From positions 227,756-291,755 of the forward strand of contig CAVYHK010000033.1 in NCBI GenBank assembly GCA_963768145.1: a stretch of DNA of 64,000 bases. The letters are read 5' to 3'. Numbering within the stretch: position 1 is the first letter of the stretch; each line of letters starts with the position of its first letter. A program made the translations under genes and the position numbers. Positions 8,520 to 18,652 of this stretch are shown here, in pieces. The notes beneath the pieces are model-generated. The model was not told the origin of the DNA. It worked only from the letters and a program-made list of their open reading frames with translations, and did no database searches. The stretch is from an uncultured Bacteroidota bacterium (lineage in GTDB: Bacteria > Bacteroidota > Ignavibacteria > Kryptoniales > JAKASW01).

Positions 8520-9683
8520 ATGAAGATCCACGAGTACCAGTCGAAAGAAATACTGAAAAAATTTAACGTCGCTATCCCGAAAGGGAAAGTAGCATTCAAC
8601 GTTGACGAAGCCGTCAGAGGGGCTATTGATATCGGCGGGAACGTTTGGGTCGTCAAAGCCCAAATCCATGCCGGTGGACGGGGCAAAGGCGGCGGTGTCA
8701 AGCTTGCAAGAAGCATCGACGAAGTCAGAACGTTCGCATCGCAAATGCTTGGAATGACTCTCGTTACCCACCAGACCGGCCCCGAAGGCAAAGTAGTCAA
8801 GCGCCTTCTAATCGAGCAAGGAATCAACATCGCGAAGGAACTTTACGCCGGGATAGTGCTCGACAGATCGACCTCAAAAAATGTTTTCATGGTTTCCACC
8901 GAAGGCGGCGTCGAAATAGAGAAAGTTGCCGCAGAATCTCCAAAGAAGATATTGAAGGAGACTATCGATCCCGGACTTGGCTTGATGCCGTTTCAAGCGA
9001 AGAGCCTCGCATTTGGTCTCGGACTTGAAGGCGATGCTCACAAGAACGGTGTGAAATTTCTTACCGCATTGTATAAAGCTTATGAAGCCACCGATGCGAG
9101 TCTCGCGGAAATCAATCCTCTCGTTTTGACAAAAGAAGGCTCCGTCATAGCGCTCGACGCCAAGATGAATTTCGATGACAACGCTCTCTATCGCCATCCC
9201 GAAATCGTTGAGCTCAGAGACCTCGATGAAGAATCGCCGCTGGAGGTCGAGGCGTCAAAGTCGCATTTGAACTACATCAAGCTTGACGGCAATGTGGGCT
9301 GCATGGTGAACGGTGCTGGACTCGCGATGGCGACAATGGACATTATCAAGCTTACAGGCGGCGAACCGGCAAACTTCCTCGATGTCGGCGGCGGAGCAAA
9401 TGTTGAAACGGTTTCGAAGGGTTTCAAGATAATTCTCTCCGATCCGAGTGTGAAGGCGATCCTAATAAATATTTTCGGCGGGATCGTGAGATGTGACCGC
9501 GTGGCTCAAGGTGTGATCGAGGCAGCACAGCGAGTTTCGGTGACTCTGCCCGTTGTGGTACGGCTCGAAGGCACGAACGCGAAAGAAGGCGCCGATCTCT
9601 TGAAGAATTCCGGTCTCAATTTCGCGGTCGCCTCCGGCTTGAAAGACGCAGCAGAAAAAGTGGTGGCGGCACTGAGGAACTAA
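8520..9683 (+). CDS. sucC: succinyl-CoA synthetase (ADP-forming) beta subunit
   Basis: [35 protein letters not shown]...[23 protein letters not shown]. Confidence 0.95.
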   Translation: MKIHEYQSKEILKKFNVAIPKGKVAFNVDEAVRGAIDIGGNVWVVKAQIHAGGRGKGGGVKLARSIDEVRTFASQMLGMTLVTHQTGPEGKVVKRLLIEQGINIAKELYAGIVLDRSTSKNVFMVSTEGGVEIEKVAAESPKKILKETIDPGLGLMPFQAKSLAFGLGLEGDAHKNGVKFLTALYKAYEATDASLAEINPLVLTKEGSVIALDAKMNFDDNALYRHPEIVELRDLDEESPLEVEASKSHLNYIKLDGNVGCMVNGAGLAMATMDIIKLTGGEPANFLDVGGGANVETVSKGFKIILSDPSVKAILINIFGGIVRCDRVAQGVIEAAQRVSVTLPVVVRLEGTNAKEGADLLKNSGLNFAVASGLKDAAEKVVAALRN

Positions 9684-9762
9684 AAGGAAATTCTAAATTC
9701 TCAATCTTGAGTTTTGAATTGAAATTGAGAATTCAACATTCATAATTCATCATTGGAAAAAC

Positions 9763-11265
9763 TTGGATTGGAATAAATACGAAGCCGTAATCGGACTTGA
9801 AGTCCACGCGCAGATGCTCACGGAGACAAAGACATTTTGCGGGTGCTCGACAAGATTTGGCAATCCTCCGAACTCGAACGTCTGCCCGGTATGCCTTGGA
9901 ATGCCGGGCGTGCTTCCGGTTCTGAATAAGAAGCTCGTCGAGTTCGCCATAAAAATGGGACTTGCCACGGATTGCCGCATCGCGCCGTACTCAATATTCG
10001 CGCGCAAGAATTACTTCTATCCCGATCTTCCGAAAGGCTACCAGATTTCGCAGTTCGAGGAGCCGATCTGCGTAGATGGTCATGTCGAGATCGAGAAGAT
10101 CGACGGCTCGAAAAAGAGAATCGGTCTCATCAGGATTCACATGGAAGAAGACGCCGGCAAGCTGATCCATGACCAGGATGTCGATACGCTTATCGATGTG
10201 AACAGATGCGGCACTCCGCTTCTCGAGGTCGTCAGCAAACCCGACATACGATCCGCAGAGGAGGCCTACCTTTATCTCCAGCAGATAAAGCAGGTCGTGA
10301 CATACCTCGAAATTTGTGATGGCAACATGGAAGAAGGCTCACTGCGATGCGATGCAAACGTTTCGTTAAGACTCCGCGGGACGACGGAGTTTGGTACGAA
10401 GGTAGAAATTAAAAACATGAATTCCTTCCGCAATGTCGAACGGGCACTCGATGTGGAAATCGAACGGCAGTATGCAATCCTCGAACACGGGGGAACAATT
10501 TTGCAGGAAACGCTTCTCTACAATGCCGACGCGAACACCGTCAAGCCAATGCGCTCGAAGGAAGAAGCGAACGATTACCGTTACTTCCCCGACCCTGATC
10601 TCGTTCCTGTTCTTATCGACGAGTTGTGGATCGAGAGAGTCAAAGCCGCCCAGCCTGAACTTCCTACGAAGCGTCGCGACAGGTATATGCAGGAATTTTC
10701 TTTACCGAAATACGACGCGGAAATTCTAACCGGAGACAAGGCGGTTGCCGATTATTACGAGAACATTACTGCGAACCTGAAATTGAAATCGAAGGATGCC
10801 TACAAGCAGGCAAGCAATTACGTGATGACTGATGTGCTTCGGGTTATCGGCGAAGAGCATATCAAGATAAACGAATTTCCTGTTGAGCCGCAGAATCTTG
10901 CGAGGATGATCGACCTTATAAATGAAGGAACGATCTCAACGAAGCTTGCGAAAAATGTTTTCGAGGAAATGCTGCAATCCCCGAAGGGGCAGGCAGCCCA
11001 GACTCCGGATTCGATCATTGAGAAAAAAGGATTGCGGCAGGTTTCAGATCAGACAGAGATAGACAAAGTCGTGGAGGAAGTTCTAAAGTCTAATCCCGAC
11101 GAGGTGCAACGATACCTCAGCGGCAAAGACAAAGTGTTCGGTTTCTTCGTCGGCGAGGTGATGAAGAAAACCCGTGGCAAGGCGAACCCAAAGGTGTTGA
11201 ACGAGCTTCTCAAGAAGCAATTGGAGAAGCTCAGGAATCAGTCGCCAATTGTCAATGAAGAATGA
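9763..11265 (+). CDS. gatB: Asp/Glu-tRNA(Asn/Gln) amidotransferase subunit B
   Basis: YEAVIGLEVHAQM.TKTFCGC...NSNVCPVC.GMPGVLPVLN...RIHMEEDAGK...GSLRCDANVS. Confidence 0.95.
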   Translation: MDWNKYEAVIGLEVHAQMLTETKTFCGCSTRFGNPPNSNVCPVCLGMPGVLPVLNKKLVEFAIKMGLATDCRIAPYSIFARKNYFYPDLPKGYQISQFEEPICVDGHVEIEKIDGSKKRIGLIRIHMEEDAGKLIHDQDVDTLIDVNRCGTPLLEVVSKPDIRSAEEAYLYLQQIKQVVTYLEICDGNMEEGSLRCDANVSLRLRGTTEFGTKVEIKNMNSFRNVERALDVEIERQYAILEHGGTILQETLLYNADANTVKPMRSKEEANDYRYFPDPDLVPVLIDELWIERVKAAQPELPTKRRDRYMQEFSLPKYDAEILTGDKAVADYYENITANLKLKSKDAYKQASNYVMTDVLRVIGEEHIKINEFPVEPQNLARMIDLINEGTISTKLAKNVFEEMLQSPKGQAAQTPDSIIEKKGLRQVSDQTEIDKVVEEVLKSNPDEVQRYLSGKDKVFGFFVGEVMKKTRGKANPKVLNELLKKQLEKLRNQSPIVNEE

Positions 11266-11447
11266 GCACTAATGACACGAACATGAAAATGATTTTTCTA
11301 AATACGAACATCACGAACAGGAAAGCGGTTCGTGAATATTCGTCTTGCTCATTCGAATGATTCGTGTTCGACTCTAAATAAAATCCATTACTCTTCACGC
11401 GAAAATCATTTAACTTCAATTACACTAAAATTGACTAACGAGGAAAT

Positions 11448-12206
11448 ATGAGGAAGAAAATCATAGCCGCAAATTGGAAAATGAACAAAGATGTCAATGA
11501 GACATCGGAATTCTTCTCGGCACTTCAGAAGGAGATGAACGGTTATAATGGTACAGTGGAAATTGTGGTTTGTCCGCCGTTCACCGCCCTTCAAACCGCC
11601 GTTAAAGCTTCGCAGGGGACTCGGTTCAAGATCGGGGCACAGAATCTTCATTACGAAAACGACGGCGCATATACCGGCGAAATTTCCGCCCGGATGATAA
11701 AATCGCTGGGAATTCCATACGTCATCGTCGGCCACTCCGAGCGGCGCCAATACTTCGGGGAGACCGATGAAATTATCGCGAAAAAAGTCAGGAAGGCTTT
11801 GAGCGAGAGTTTAAAAGTCATATTCTGCATCGGTGAGACCCTCAGTGAGCGCGACGGAGGAGTGACCGAAAGGGTCCTGGAACGGCAGGCAAAAGCAGCA
11901 TTGGACGGTTTGACAGCAGAACAGTTGAAATCCCTCGTCATCGCCTACGAGCCTGTTTGGGCAATCGGAACCGGACGGAATGCAACCCCGCAGCAGGCTC
12001 AGGCAGCCCACGCGTTCATCAGGTCTCTTGTCGCTGGAATGTTCGGTGCCGGCACAGCGCAGGATTTGACGATCCAGTACGGTGGAAGCATGAAGCCGGA
12101 AAACTCAGCGGAGCTTCTCTCCCAGCCGGATGTTGATGGTGGACTCATTGGAGGTGCGAGCCTCAAAGCTGACTCGTTTGCAAAAATTATTAGGAGCGCT
12201 CCATAA
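11448..12206 (+). CDS. tpiA: triosephosphate isomerase
   Basis: IIAANWKMN...VIVGHSERR...IAYEPVWAIGTG...QYGGS. Confidence 0.95.
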   Translation: MRKKIIAANWKMNKDVNETSEFFSALQKEMNGYNGTVEIVVCPPFTALQTAVKASQGTRFKIGAQNLHYENDGAYTGEISARMIKSLGIPYVIVGHSERRQYFGETDEIIAKKVRKALSESLKVIFCIGETLSERDGGVTERVLERQAKAALDGLTAEQLKSLVIAYEPVWAIGTGRNATPQQAQAAHAFIRSLVAGMFGAGTAQDLTIQYGGSMKPENSAELLSQPDVDGGLIGGASLKADSFAKIIRSAP

Positions 12207-12310
12207 ATAATTCCCAATCTTAAATCTTGAATTTTGAAATGCCGTCTAGAAATCAACATGTAACAGTCAAAATAAAACTATCTTGAGGTCCCTGCTGCAC
12301 TATTGACACG

Positions 12311-15300
12311 ATGTCTAATGTCAAGTCCGGTGTTTTGGTTTTTGTATGCTCAATTTCGATATGTAGATTTCTTCCACCCGTACAATCTTATGCGCAGGAG
12401 GCCTCTCCACAAACGGAATCTACGACTAACTCTGTCATCGTCAAAATTATTTATCCCGACACGCTGGTTCAGCTTCCCCAAAGATTCATTCTCCAGAATT
12501 CCGAATTTGTAGTCTGCGATTCCAAGGTACTAAAACGAAACGCGGACTACATAATAAGCTACACCGCTGGCACAATTCGTTTTCGTAAGGATAACGGGTT
12601 CTTCTCCGATAGAAAGGATTCCGTCTACTTTTTAAAGATCACCTACCGCAATTTCCCCTTCACACTTCCACTCGAATACGCACATAACGTTGCAATCGTA
12701 AAATACGATACTACCACGAAGAAGAGTCTCACGATGATAGAGCAGAGCGCGCCTCTGACGACATCGGAATTTTTCGGAAGCAATATGCAAAAGAGCGGCA
12801 GCATTGTCCGCGGGTTTACGATAGGCTCTAACCAGGATTTGACGTTGAACTCCGGGTTCAGGATGCAGCTTGCCGGAAACCTGACGAACGACGTGAGTAT
12901 AGCTGCTGCTCTTACAGATGAGTCGAGCCCGATTCAACCGGAAGGAAACACGAAGACACTTCAGGAATTTGACAAGGTTTTCGTGACGATAAAATCGCCG
13001 CACATTGGCGGGACCCTTGGAGACTTCGAAATGTCGGAACAGGGTACAGAGTTCGGTGTTGTAAACAGGAAACTCCAGGGCGCGATGGGAAACGCAAATT
13101 ACGGCGAGACCTCCGTCATGCTTAGCGGTGCTGTAAGCAGGGGGAAATTCCGTACGCAGGAAATATCGCCGATCGACGGGAGCGAAGGCCCATACCAATT
13201 GGTTGGTTCAGACGGAAGCCCAGATGTTATTGTGATCGCCGGAACAGAAAGGGTTTACCTTGACGGCCTCCAGATGGTTCGCGGCGAAACCAACGACTAT
13301 GTGATCGACTACTCGAATTCTCAGGTTACATTTACTGCAAAACATTTGATAACAAATCTCAGCCGAATATTTGTCGATTTCGAATATTCCGACGGACAAT
13401 TCCAGAGAACATTTTTCGGAGGCAACGCCCAAACGACTGTCGCAGATGATAAGGTGGATATTGGAGTTTCGTATTATCAGGAAGGTGACGATCCCAACAG
13501 CGCTTTCGGTGTGACGCTCTCCGATTCTGATAAAACTCTTCTGAGCAATGCCGGAACGAACAGGCTTGCTGCGTCAACAACCGGAGTTACTTACGTTGGA
13601 CGAGATTCGATTACGGGAATTGGAAAGGGACAGTACCGGCTCGATTCGATAATTGTTGCGGGAAAGCCGTATTATATTTATAGGTTTGTGCTTCCGACTG
13701 ATACCACAAACTTAACAGCTGCTGTATACAGTGTTGCTTTCTCTGAAGTCGGTCAGGGAAAAGGAGATTATCAGTCAGTTGGGTTCGGGCAATTCAATTT
13801 TGTCGGAGTCAGTCAAGGAGATTATGCGCCGATCGTAGTGCTCCCGATGCCCCAGTCACAGCAACTGGCAGATATCAACACGAGATACCATTTTAACAAA
13901 GATGGATCGGTCAGTCTTGAATATGCGGCAAGCAGTTTCGATGCAAATGAATTGTCGTCGCTCCCCGGAGTCACCACCGATGGCTATGGCATGAAATTCG
14001 GGGTAGAGTACGCTCCCAAGCATTTGCGGCTTGGCGACGCCGACATCGGCGCTTTGACTTTCAACGAGATGACACGATATGAAGACGCGAACTTCAATCC
14101 GATGGATCGTACAAACGATGTTGAGTTTAATCGCGAGTGGGGAATAGATACGTTGATTGCCGGCGATGAGCTTCTTAATCAAGCTCACATCGACTTCTCT
14201 CCTTCGATGAAGAACACTAGGTTAACCTTCGGTGGAGATATCGGCAGAATTTCACGTGGAAACGATTTCAGTTCGGGAAGGTACGTGGGGTTCGCTACCC
14301 TTGGAGTGGATTCAAGCTGGATCCCATCGATAGATTATCATGCAACGCTCGTTAACAGCAACGACGCGGCGTTTTCAAATTTTGGAACGTGGTTCACTCA
14401 GACCGGTCTTGCTCAAATTAAACTTGGAAAGATCACACCCGGCTTCAGAATTGCTAGCGAAGATCGCAGGCTCGCAACGACCAGCACAGATTCCCTGTGG
14501 GCAAATTCATATAGATACGTCGAGTACGGTCCAAATCTTTCTGTCGCCCAAATTTTCGGAATCGATATTGCAACTGATATGTACATTCGAAATGAGAGTG
14601 GTATAACTGGGGGAATGATGGTCCCGTCTTCGCGGTCCTTGACAAACGATTTTTCAATGAGGCTCAACTCGGCAAGCAATTTTTCCTCCAACCTGACTCT
14701 CACCTACAGGAAAAAAACCTACACCGAGAGTTTCAGAAATTTAGGTAATTCCGATAATGAATCTTTCTTATCAAAGTGGGAAACTAACTACGCGCCGCTC
14801 GACCGTGGAGTCGAGACAAATTTGTTTTATCAGGTTACGACGGAGCGAGCGGCACGTCTCGAACAGATTTTTTGGAAAGTGCTTCCAGGACAGGGCCAGT
14901 ATGCTTGGATTGATGGGAACCACAACGGACAAGTTGATATTACCAACCCCGCAGATTTCCAGGAGGTAAACTTCAACGGCGATTACACTTTGCTCACCAG
15001 GCCTACAACCACTCTCTATCCCGTGGTGAATCTTCAAACGAATGTGAGATTGGGATTGACACCTGAAAAGTTTGTGAAGAATGACGGCAGTGTTACAAAC
15101 ATAGTTTTGCGGTCGCTCTCTTCCGTGACCCTCTGGCAAATTACAGAGAATAATCAGACCACGAATGTCAGCGACATTTACCTTCTTCATCTATCAAAAT
15201 TTCTGAATGACAGCCTCACATTGAGTGGCTCGCAACTATTCCAACAGGATTTCTATCTCCTTCAGAACAATCGTGATTTTTCCTTGAGGCTGAGATTCTT

Positions 15301-15871
15301 GCAGAATAAGTCTCTAAATCAATATTCCATCTTGACAGAGCGTGGTTACAAACGGGAGCAGAGTGTCAGGCTCCGGACTAAACTCACAGATACTTTTTAC
15401 GAAGAGCTTGATGTGGCGCTCAACGACGACGACGTCTCAACCACATACGCCGAACGCGCCCACTCGATAAGTTCAAGCAGTGTTGGGTCAGAGCTTTCTT
15501 ACAAACCGGATCCGAATGTCGAATCATCTTTTAAGGTCGAATTGTCAAAAGCGGTTGATGCCTTTCGTTCCGATCTTACAAATTCGATGAACACGGAAAT
15601 TTTGAAGGCGGCATATTCAATTCTTTCGAAAGGGCGGCTGACCGTTCAACTCGAACGTGATGAAGTGCTAGTCGAAAATCAGCGGCCAAACGTTTACTTG
15701 CCTTTCGAACTCACACAGGGATTCTTGCCGGGCCAAACATACATAGTGCAACTCGGATTTGATTACAGAATAAATTCTTTCATACAGGCGACCGCAAATT
15801 ACACGGGACGAACTCTGGCAGGCGGGGCCCCGATAAACACGATGACTGCAGAAGTAAGGGCGTTCTTCTAG
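12311..15871 (+). CDS. 1186-aa predicted outer-membrane protein of unknown family
   Basis: It has an N-terminal signal-like segment (VLVFVCSISICRFLPPVQSYAQE) and a long region rich in Asn/Ser/Thr/Gly/Tyr. The C-terminal beta-signal-like end is ..TMTAEVRAFF. I recognise no catalytic motif. Confidence 0.4.
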   Translation: MSNVKSGVLVFVCSISICRFLPPVQSYAQEASPQTESTTNSVIVKIIYPDTLVQLPQRFILQNSEFVVCDSKVLKRNADYIISYTAGTIRFRKDNGFFSDRKDSVYFLKITYRNFPFTLPLEYAHNVAIVKYDTTTKKSLTMIEQSAPLTTSEFFGSNMQKSGSIVRGFTIGSNQDLTLNSGFRMQLAGNLTNDVSIAAALTDESSPIQPEGNTKTLQEFDKVFVTIKSPHIGGTLGDFEMSEQGTEFGVVNRKLQGAMGNANYGETSVMLSGAVSRGKFRTQEISPIDGSEGPYQLVGSDGSPDVIVIAGTERVYLDGLQMVRGETNDYVIDYSNSQVTFTAKHLITNLSRIFVDFEYSDGQFQRTFFGGNAQTTVADDKVDIGVSYYQEGDDPNSAFGVTLSDSDKTLLSNAGTNRLAASTTGVTYVGRDSITGIGKGQYRLDSIIVAGKPYYIYRFVLPTDTTNLTAAVYSVAFSEVGQGKGDYQSVGFGQFNFVGVSQGDYAPIVVLPMPQSQQLADINTRYHFNKDGSVSLEYAASSFDANELSSLPGVTTDGYGMKFGVEYAPKHLRLGDADIGALTFNEMTRYEDANFNPMDRTNDVEFNREWGIDTLIAGDELLNQAHIDFSPSMKNTRLTFGGDIGRISRGNDFSSGRYVGFATLGVDSSWIPSIDYHATLVNSNDAAFSNFGTWFTQTGLAQIKLGKITPGFRIASEDRRLATTSTDSLWANSYRYVEYGPNLSVAQIFGIDIATDMYIRNESGITGGMMVPSSRSLTNDFSMRLNSASNFSSNLTLTYRKKTYTESFRNLGNSDNESFLSKWETNYAPLDRGVETNLFYQVTTERAARLEQIFWKVLPGQGQYAWIDGNHNGQVDITNPADFQEVNFNGDYTLLTRPTTTLYPVVNLQTNVRLGLTPEKFVKNDGSVTNIVLRSLSSVTLWQITENNQTTNVSDIYLLHLSKFLNDSLTLSGSQLFQQDFYLLQNNRDFSLRLRFLQNKSLNQYSILTERGYKREQSVRLRTKLTDTFYEELDVALNDDDVSTTYAERAHSISSSSVGSELSYKPDPNVESSFKVELSKAVDAFRSDLTNSMNTEILKAAYSILSKGRLTVQLERDEVLVENQRPNVYLPFELTQGFLPGQTYIVQLGFDYRINSFIQATANYTGRTLAGGAPINTMTAEVRAFF

Positions 15872-16039
15872 CTCGGTACCCGTGGCTTGTCGTCCAGAAT
15901 GACCATGAGCCATCGGCCGGAAACCACACATTTTTGTCGGTCCACTTCTAGCGCCGAGCTTTGCTTTCGCCCGTGTCCAGATTTGTATGATTGTCCATTT
16001 GCACTTTCCGCACTTCCCCCCTTTTTCCGATAATGCTTA

Positions 16040-16065
16040 AATAGTTCCAAAATTTTGGAACTATT
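16040..16065. promoter_or_regulatory. 26-bp perfect palindrome, probable ArsR-family operator
   Basis: aATAGTTCCAAAATTTTGGAACTATt lies 25 nt upstream of the ArsR-family start. Confidence 0.55.
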
Positions 16066-16089
16066 GAACTAATTGTCCTGTTAGAGTGT

Positions 16090-16401
16090 ATGATGTTTTT
16101 GGAGAAACGAATGAACGATCATTTTGCCAGGCAAGCCGCTAAAGTATTCAAAGCGCTTGGAGATCCGAATCGGTATAGGATTCTAACTTTGCTCATTGAA
16201 AAAGGCGAGCTTTCCTGTGCAGATTTCGACAGCAGATTCAAACTCTCAAAGCCGGCAATGTCTCATCATTACCGGATCTTGGAGAACGCCGGATTGATCG
16301 AGGTGCGAAAAGAGGGGCTTCATTTTTACATGAAGGCAACTGTGGACATCCTCGAGCAATTCGTGCCAGACTTTAGAAAAAAACATATTAAGAAACACTA
16401 A
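16090..16401 (+). CDS. ArsR/SmtB family transcriptional regulator
   Basis: FKALGDPNRYRILTLL...LSKPAMSHHYRILENAGLIEVRKEG. Confidence 0.9.
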   Translation: MMFLEKRMNDHFARQAAKVFKALGDPNRYRILTLLIEKGELSCADFDSRFKLSKPAMSHHYRILENAGLIEVRKEGLHFYMKATVDILEQFVPDFRKKHIKKH

Positions 16402-16418
16402 AAAAGAAAGAGACGATC

Positions 16419-16793
16419 ATGGAAATCATTTATCTTATCGGAAGGGTTTTGTTTGCCGCAATTTTTCTAACCAGCGGATACGCACACATCACGAAAGCAA
16501 AAGCGATGGGTGGATATGCAAAGAGCATGGGAGTTCCCAGTGCAGAATTGATGACTATTCTTACGGGGATCATGATTTTGATTGGTGGCATCTTCGTGAT
16601 ATTCAACTTTGAGACTTTTTATGGAGCGCTTCTGATCTTCTTGTTCCTGGTGCCGACGGCATTCATGATGCACTCGTTTTGGAAGGTGCAGGATGCCGGA
16701 ATGAAAGCAGTACAACAGGCAATGTTCATGAAAAACATCTCGCTTGCCGGCGCAGCGTTAATGCTGATGTATTTCAATTACGGTGTTCGCTGA
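16419..16793 (+). CDS. DoxX family membrane protein
   Basis: 124 aa with 4 TM segments: IGRVLFAAIFLTSGYAHI...FLVPTAFMMHSFW. Confidence 0.8.
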   Translation: MEIIYLIGRVLFAAIFLTSGYAHITKAKAMGGYAKSMGVPSAELMTILTGIMILIGGIFVIFNFETFYGALLIFLFLVPTAFMMHSFWKVQDAGMKAVQQAMFMKNISLAGAALMLMYFNYGVR

Positions 16794-16847
16794 GATTGCT
16801 GCATGCCCACCTCCCCCCAAAGAGAGCCCAGCGGATATCTTTCCGTT

Positions 16848-16882
16848 CCCGCCGAATCCAGATAGTTTCGGCGGGATTTCGT
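16848..16882 (+). terminator. intrinsic-terminator-like hairpin after the DoxX gene
   Basis: CCCGCCGAA-tccagatagt-TTCGGCGGG followed by ATTTCGT (weak U tract). Confidence 0.45.
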
Positions 16883-17179
16883 ACTTACTAAGCGGAGAGC
16901 ATCACGATTGCATGATGGATGTGCCGGGGTACGTCAACAATAACATTTTCCTCATCGAACAAAATAGCCAACCTGAACCCTCCTTCTAACGCATGAAAGC
17001 GATGCTGCCGATGCAAGTATGTTTAGGGACAAACTCTCTGCGATCCCGGAATTCTTGGTGATAACAGGTTTTCCCTTTGCACCCCGATCTGGCTATCCCC
17101 TTGATTTTTCCTGCCAAATCACGCAAGCCCACCTTGGAGCACCTAAGCGCTATCGGGAATCATGCCAATACGCTACTAA

Positions 17180-17896
17180 CTAACTTCCTTCCTCGATGGC
17201 ACTCTTTCGGTTCCTATCGACCCAGTAAGCCCAAGCGATTATCAGCCACTGAGACAGACCTGCAATTCCAATCGCCGCGACCGACGGCGGCGGCGGGCCT
17301 TCCAAATTCATCACGTAAGCCAACGATAGGAAAGCTGCCAAGCCCCAGAAGCCGATGTTTCCGCGCAAGTTTTTCGCCTTTGTCGACTTGACGTATAGAT
17401 AAATACCCGCAACAAATAACAAGCTTTCTAGTATGACCGTCCATGTTGCTGAATTCCACAGACCCAATCCAACTTTCGTTTCGCTTCCCGGGAATAGCTG
17501 TAGATCGGGTACGTGAACTATCAAATCTAAAACCCAATGACTAAGAACAAGCAAGGAGAGGACCAGTGATCCTTTGAGATTCTTCCCTGCTCCATTGTTA
17601 TTGGTATCCGACGCGCGGGGAGCCGCAAAGCGGCTCCTGACCAAATAATAGACAACTCCAAAAATCAGGGACCAGAATAATGCCGCCGCCAAGCTGTGAG
17701 AATATGGATATGATGCAAAGTGAAGCGTTAAGAACTTGTGTTGAACAGAATCTATCTCCACATGCTCCAAGCCGATAAGGATGAAGACGGGCCAGAGAAT
17801 ATCAAGAAACTGGGCCGCTAAAAAGAGTGTGCCGAGCGAGAGCTCACTGTCGACCTTTTTGGCCGCCATCCCCACAGCATAATGTCCAAGAAACAT
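17180..17896 (-). CDS. polytopic membrane protein (possibly YdjM/DUF457-like membrane-bound hydrolase)
   Basis: MFLGHYAVGMAAKK..LFLAAQFLDILWPVFILIGLEHV.. with 6-7 TM segments. A GGAG sits 9 nt upstream of the ATG at 17896. The family call is tentative. Confidence 0.4.
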   Translation of the reverse strand: MFLGHYAVGMAAKKVDSELSLGTLFLAAQFLDILWPVFILIGLEHVEIDSVQHKFLTLHFASYPYSHSLAAALFWSLIFGVVYYLVRSRFAAPRASDTNNNGAGKNLKGSLVLSLLVLSHWVLDLIVHVPDLQLFPGSETKVGLGLWNSATWTVILESLLFVAGIYLYVKSTKAKNLRGNIGFWGLAAFLSLAYVMNLEGPPPPSVAAIGIAGLSQWLIIAWAYWVDRNRKSAIEEGS

Positions 17897-18039
17897 CTCA
17901 GAAATCTCCTTTCGGTCCTTTCGATTACAAGGCAACACACCTGTTTGTCAGAAACAATACGTAAAAGAAGGAACGAAAACAAATTGGATCTGTCTCCTCC
18001 TCTTACACAGTTTCCTGCCAGATTTACTGCTTGCTTTGC

Positions 18040-18068
18040 TTGACATTAAAGCTTAGCTGCTCTATATT
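18040..18068 (+). promoter_or_regulatory. consensus sigma70-like promoter TTGACA-N17-TATATT in an ORF-free 710-nt gap
   Basis: The -35 is at 18040-18045 and the -10 at 18063-18068. No ORF of 60 aa or more lies downstream before 18653. Confidence 0.45.
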
Positions 18069-18652
18069 AAAACGGTTTTGCGTTTTCAGCATTGTCTTAG
18101 GTTAGCTGAGTAACGTTTTCAAAAAGAGCAAGATTTTTCCATCGATTCGGTCTCGACCTGAGATGTGTAACTAGTTGGTCGGAGGAGGGCTGTTCTTTTT
18201 TCAGTTGATGCATACGATTTCACTGCGACAAGTGTACTCTTCAAGGAGAGAATGTCTTTGACGAAAAAGGGTTGCGCGAATTTTGCAGCGGGTTCCGCGA
18301 GAACAAATTGGCCCGACGCACTCGCGACGCTTTTGTTTGCAGGTGTTTTCGCGGGCTATGACGATATCCAGTATGCGATTGTGAATGACTAAGGTATCAA
18401 TGCTGGGAGCTTCGCGATGGTTGTCGGAGCAGAAACTAGATTTTCTTTCTAGTATTGGTTTTATGATAAGGATTTTTGTTGTTGAAAGAATTCATTCGGT
18501 GTCTTTTTAATCTTCCATGTCAACGCGAGCGAAATAAGCGAGTAGAATGGCGATCCTGGAACCACCAACCCGAATCGATCTACCTTGAGAATCATTTGAA
18601 ATCAAACAGATACAGTAAATTATTTTTCTAATCAAAAAAAGGGAGGTCAAAA

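Noticed and set aside
8520-9683. sucC is not followed by sucD
   Set aside because: This is unusual but not informative from one window. sucD may be elsewhere, and there is no sign of truncation or a remnant between 9684 and 9762.
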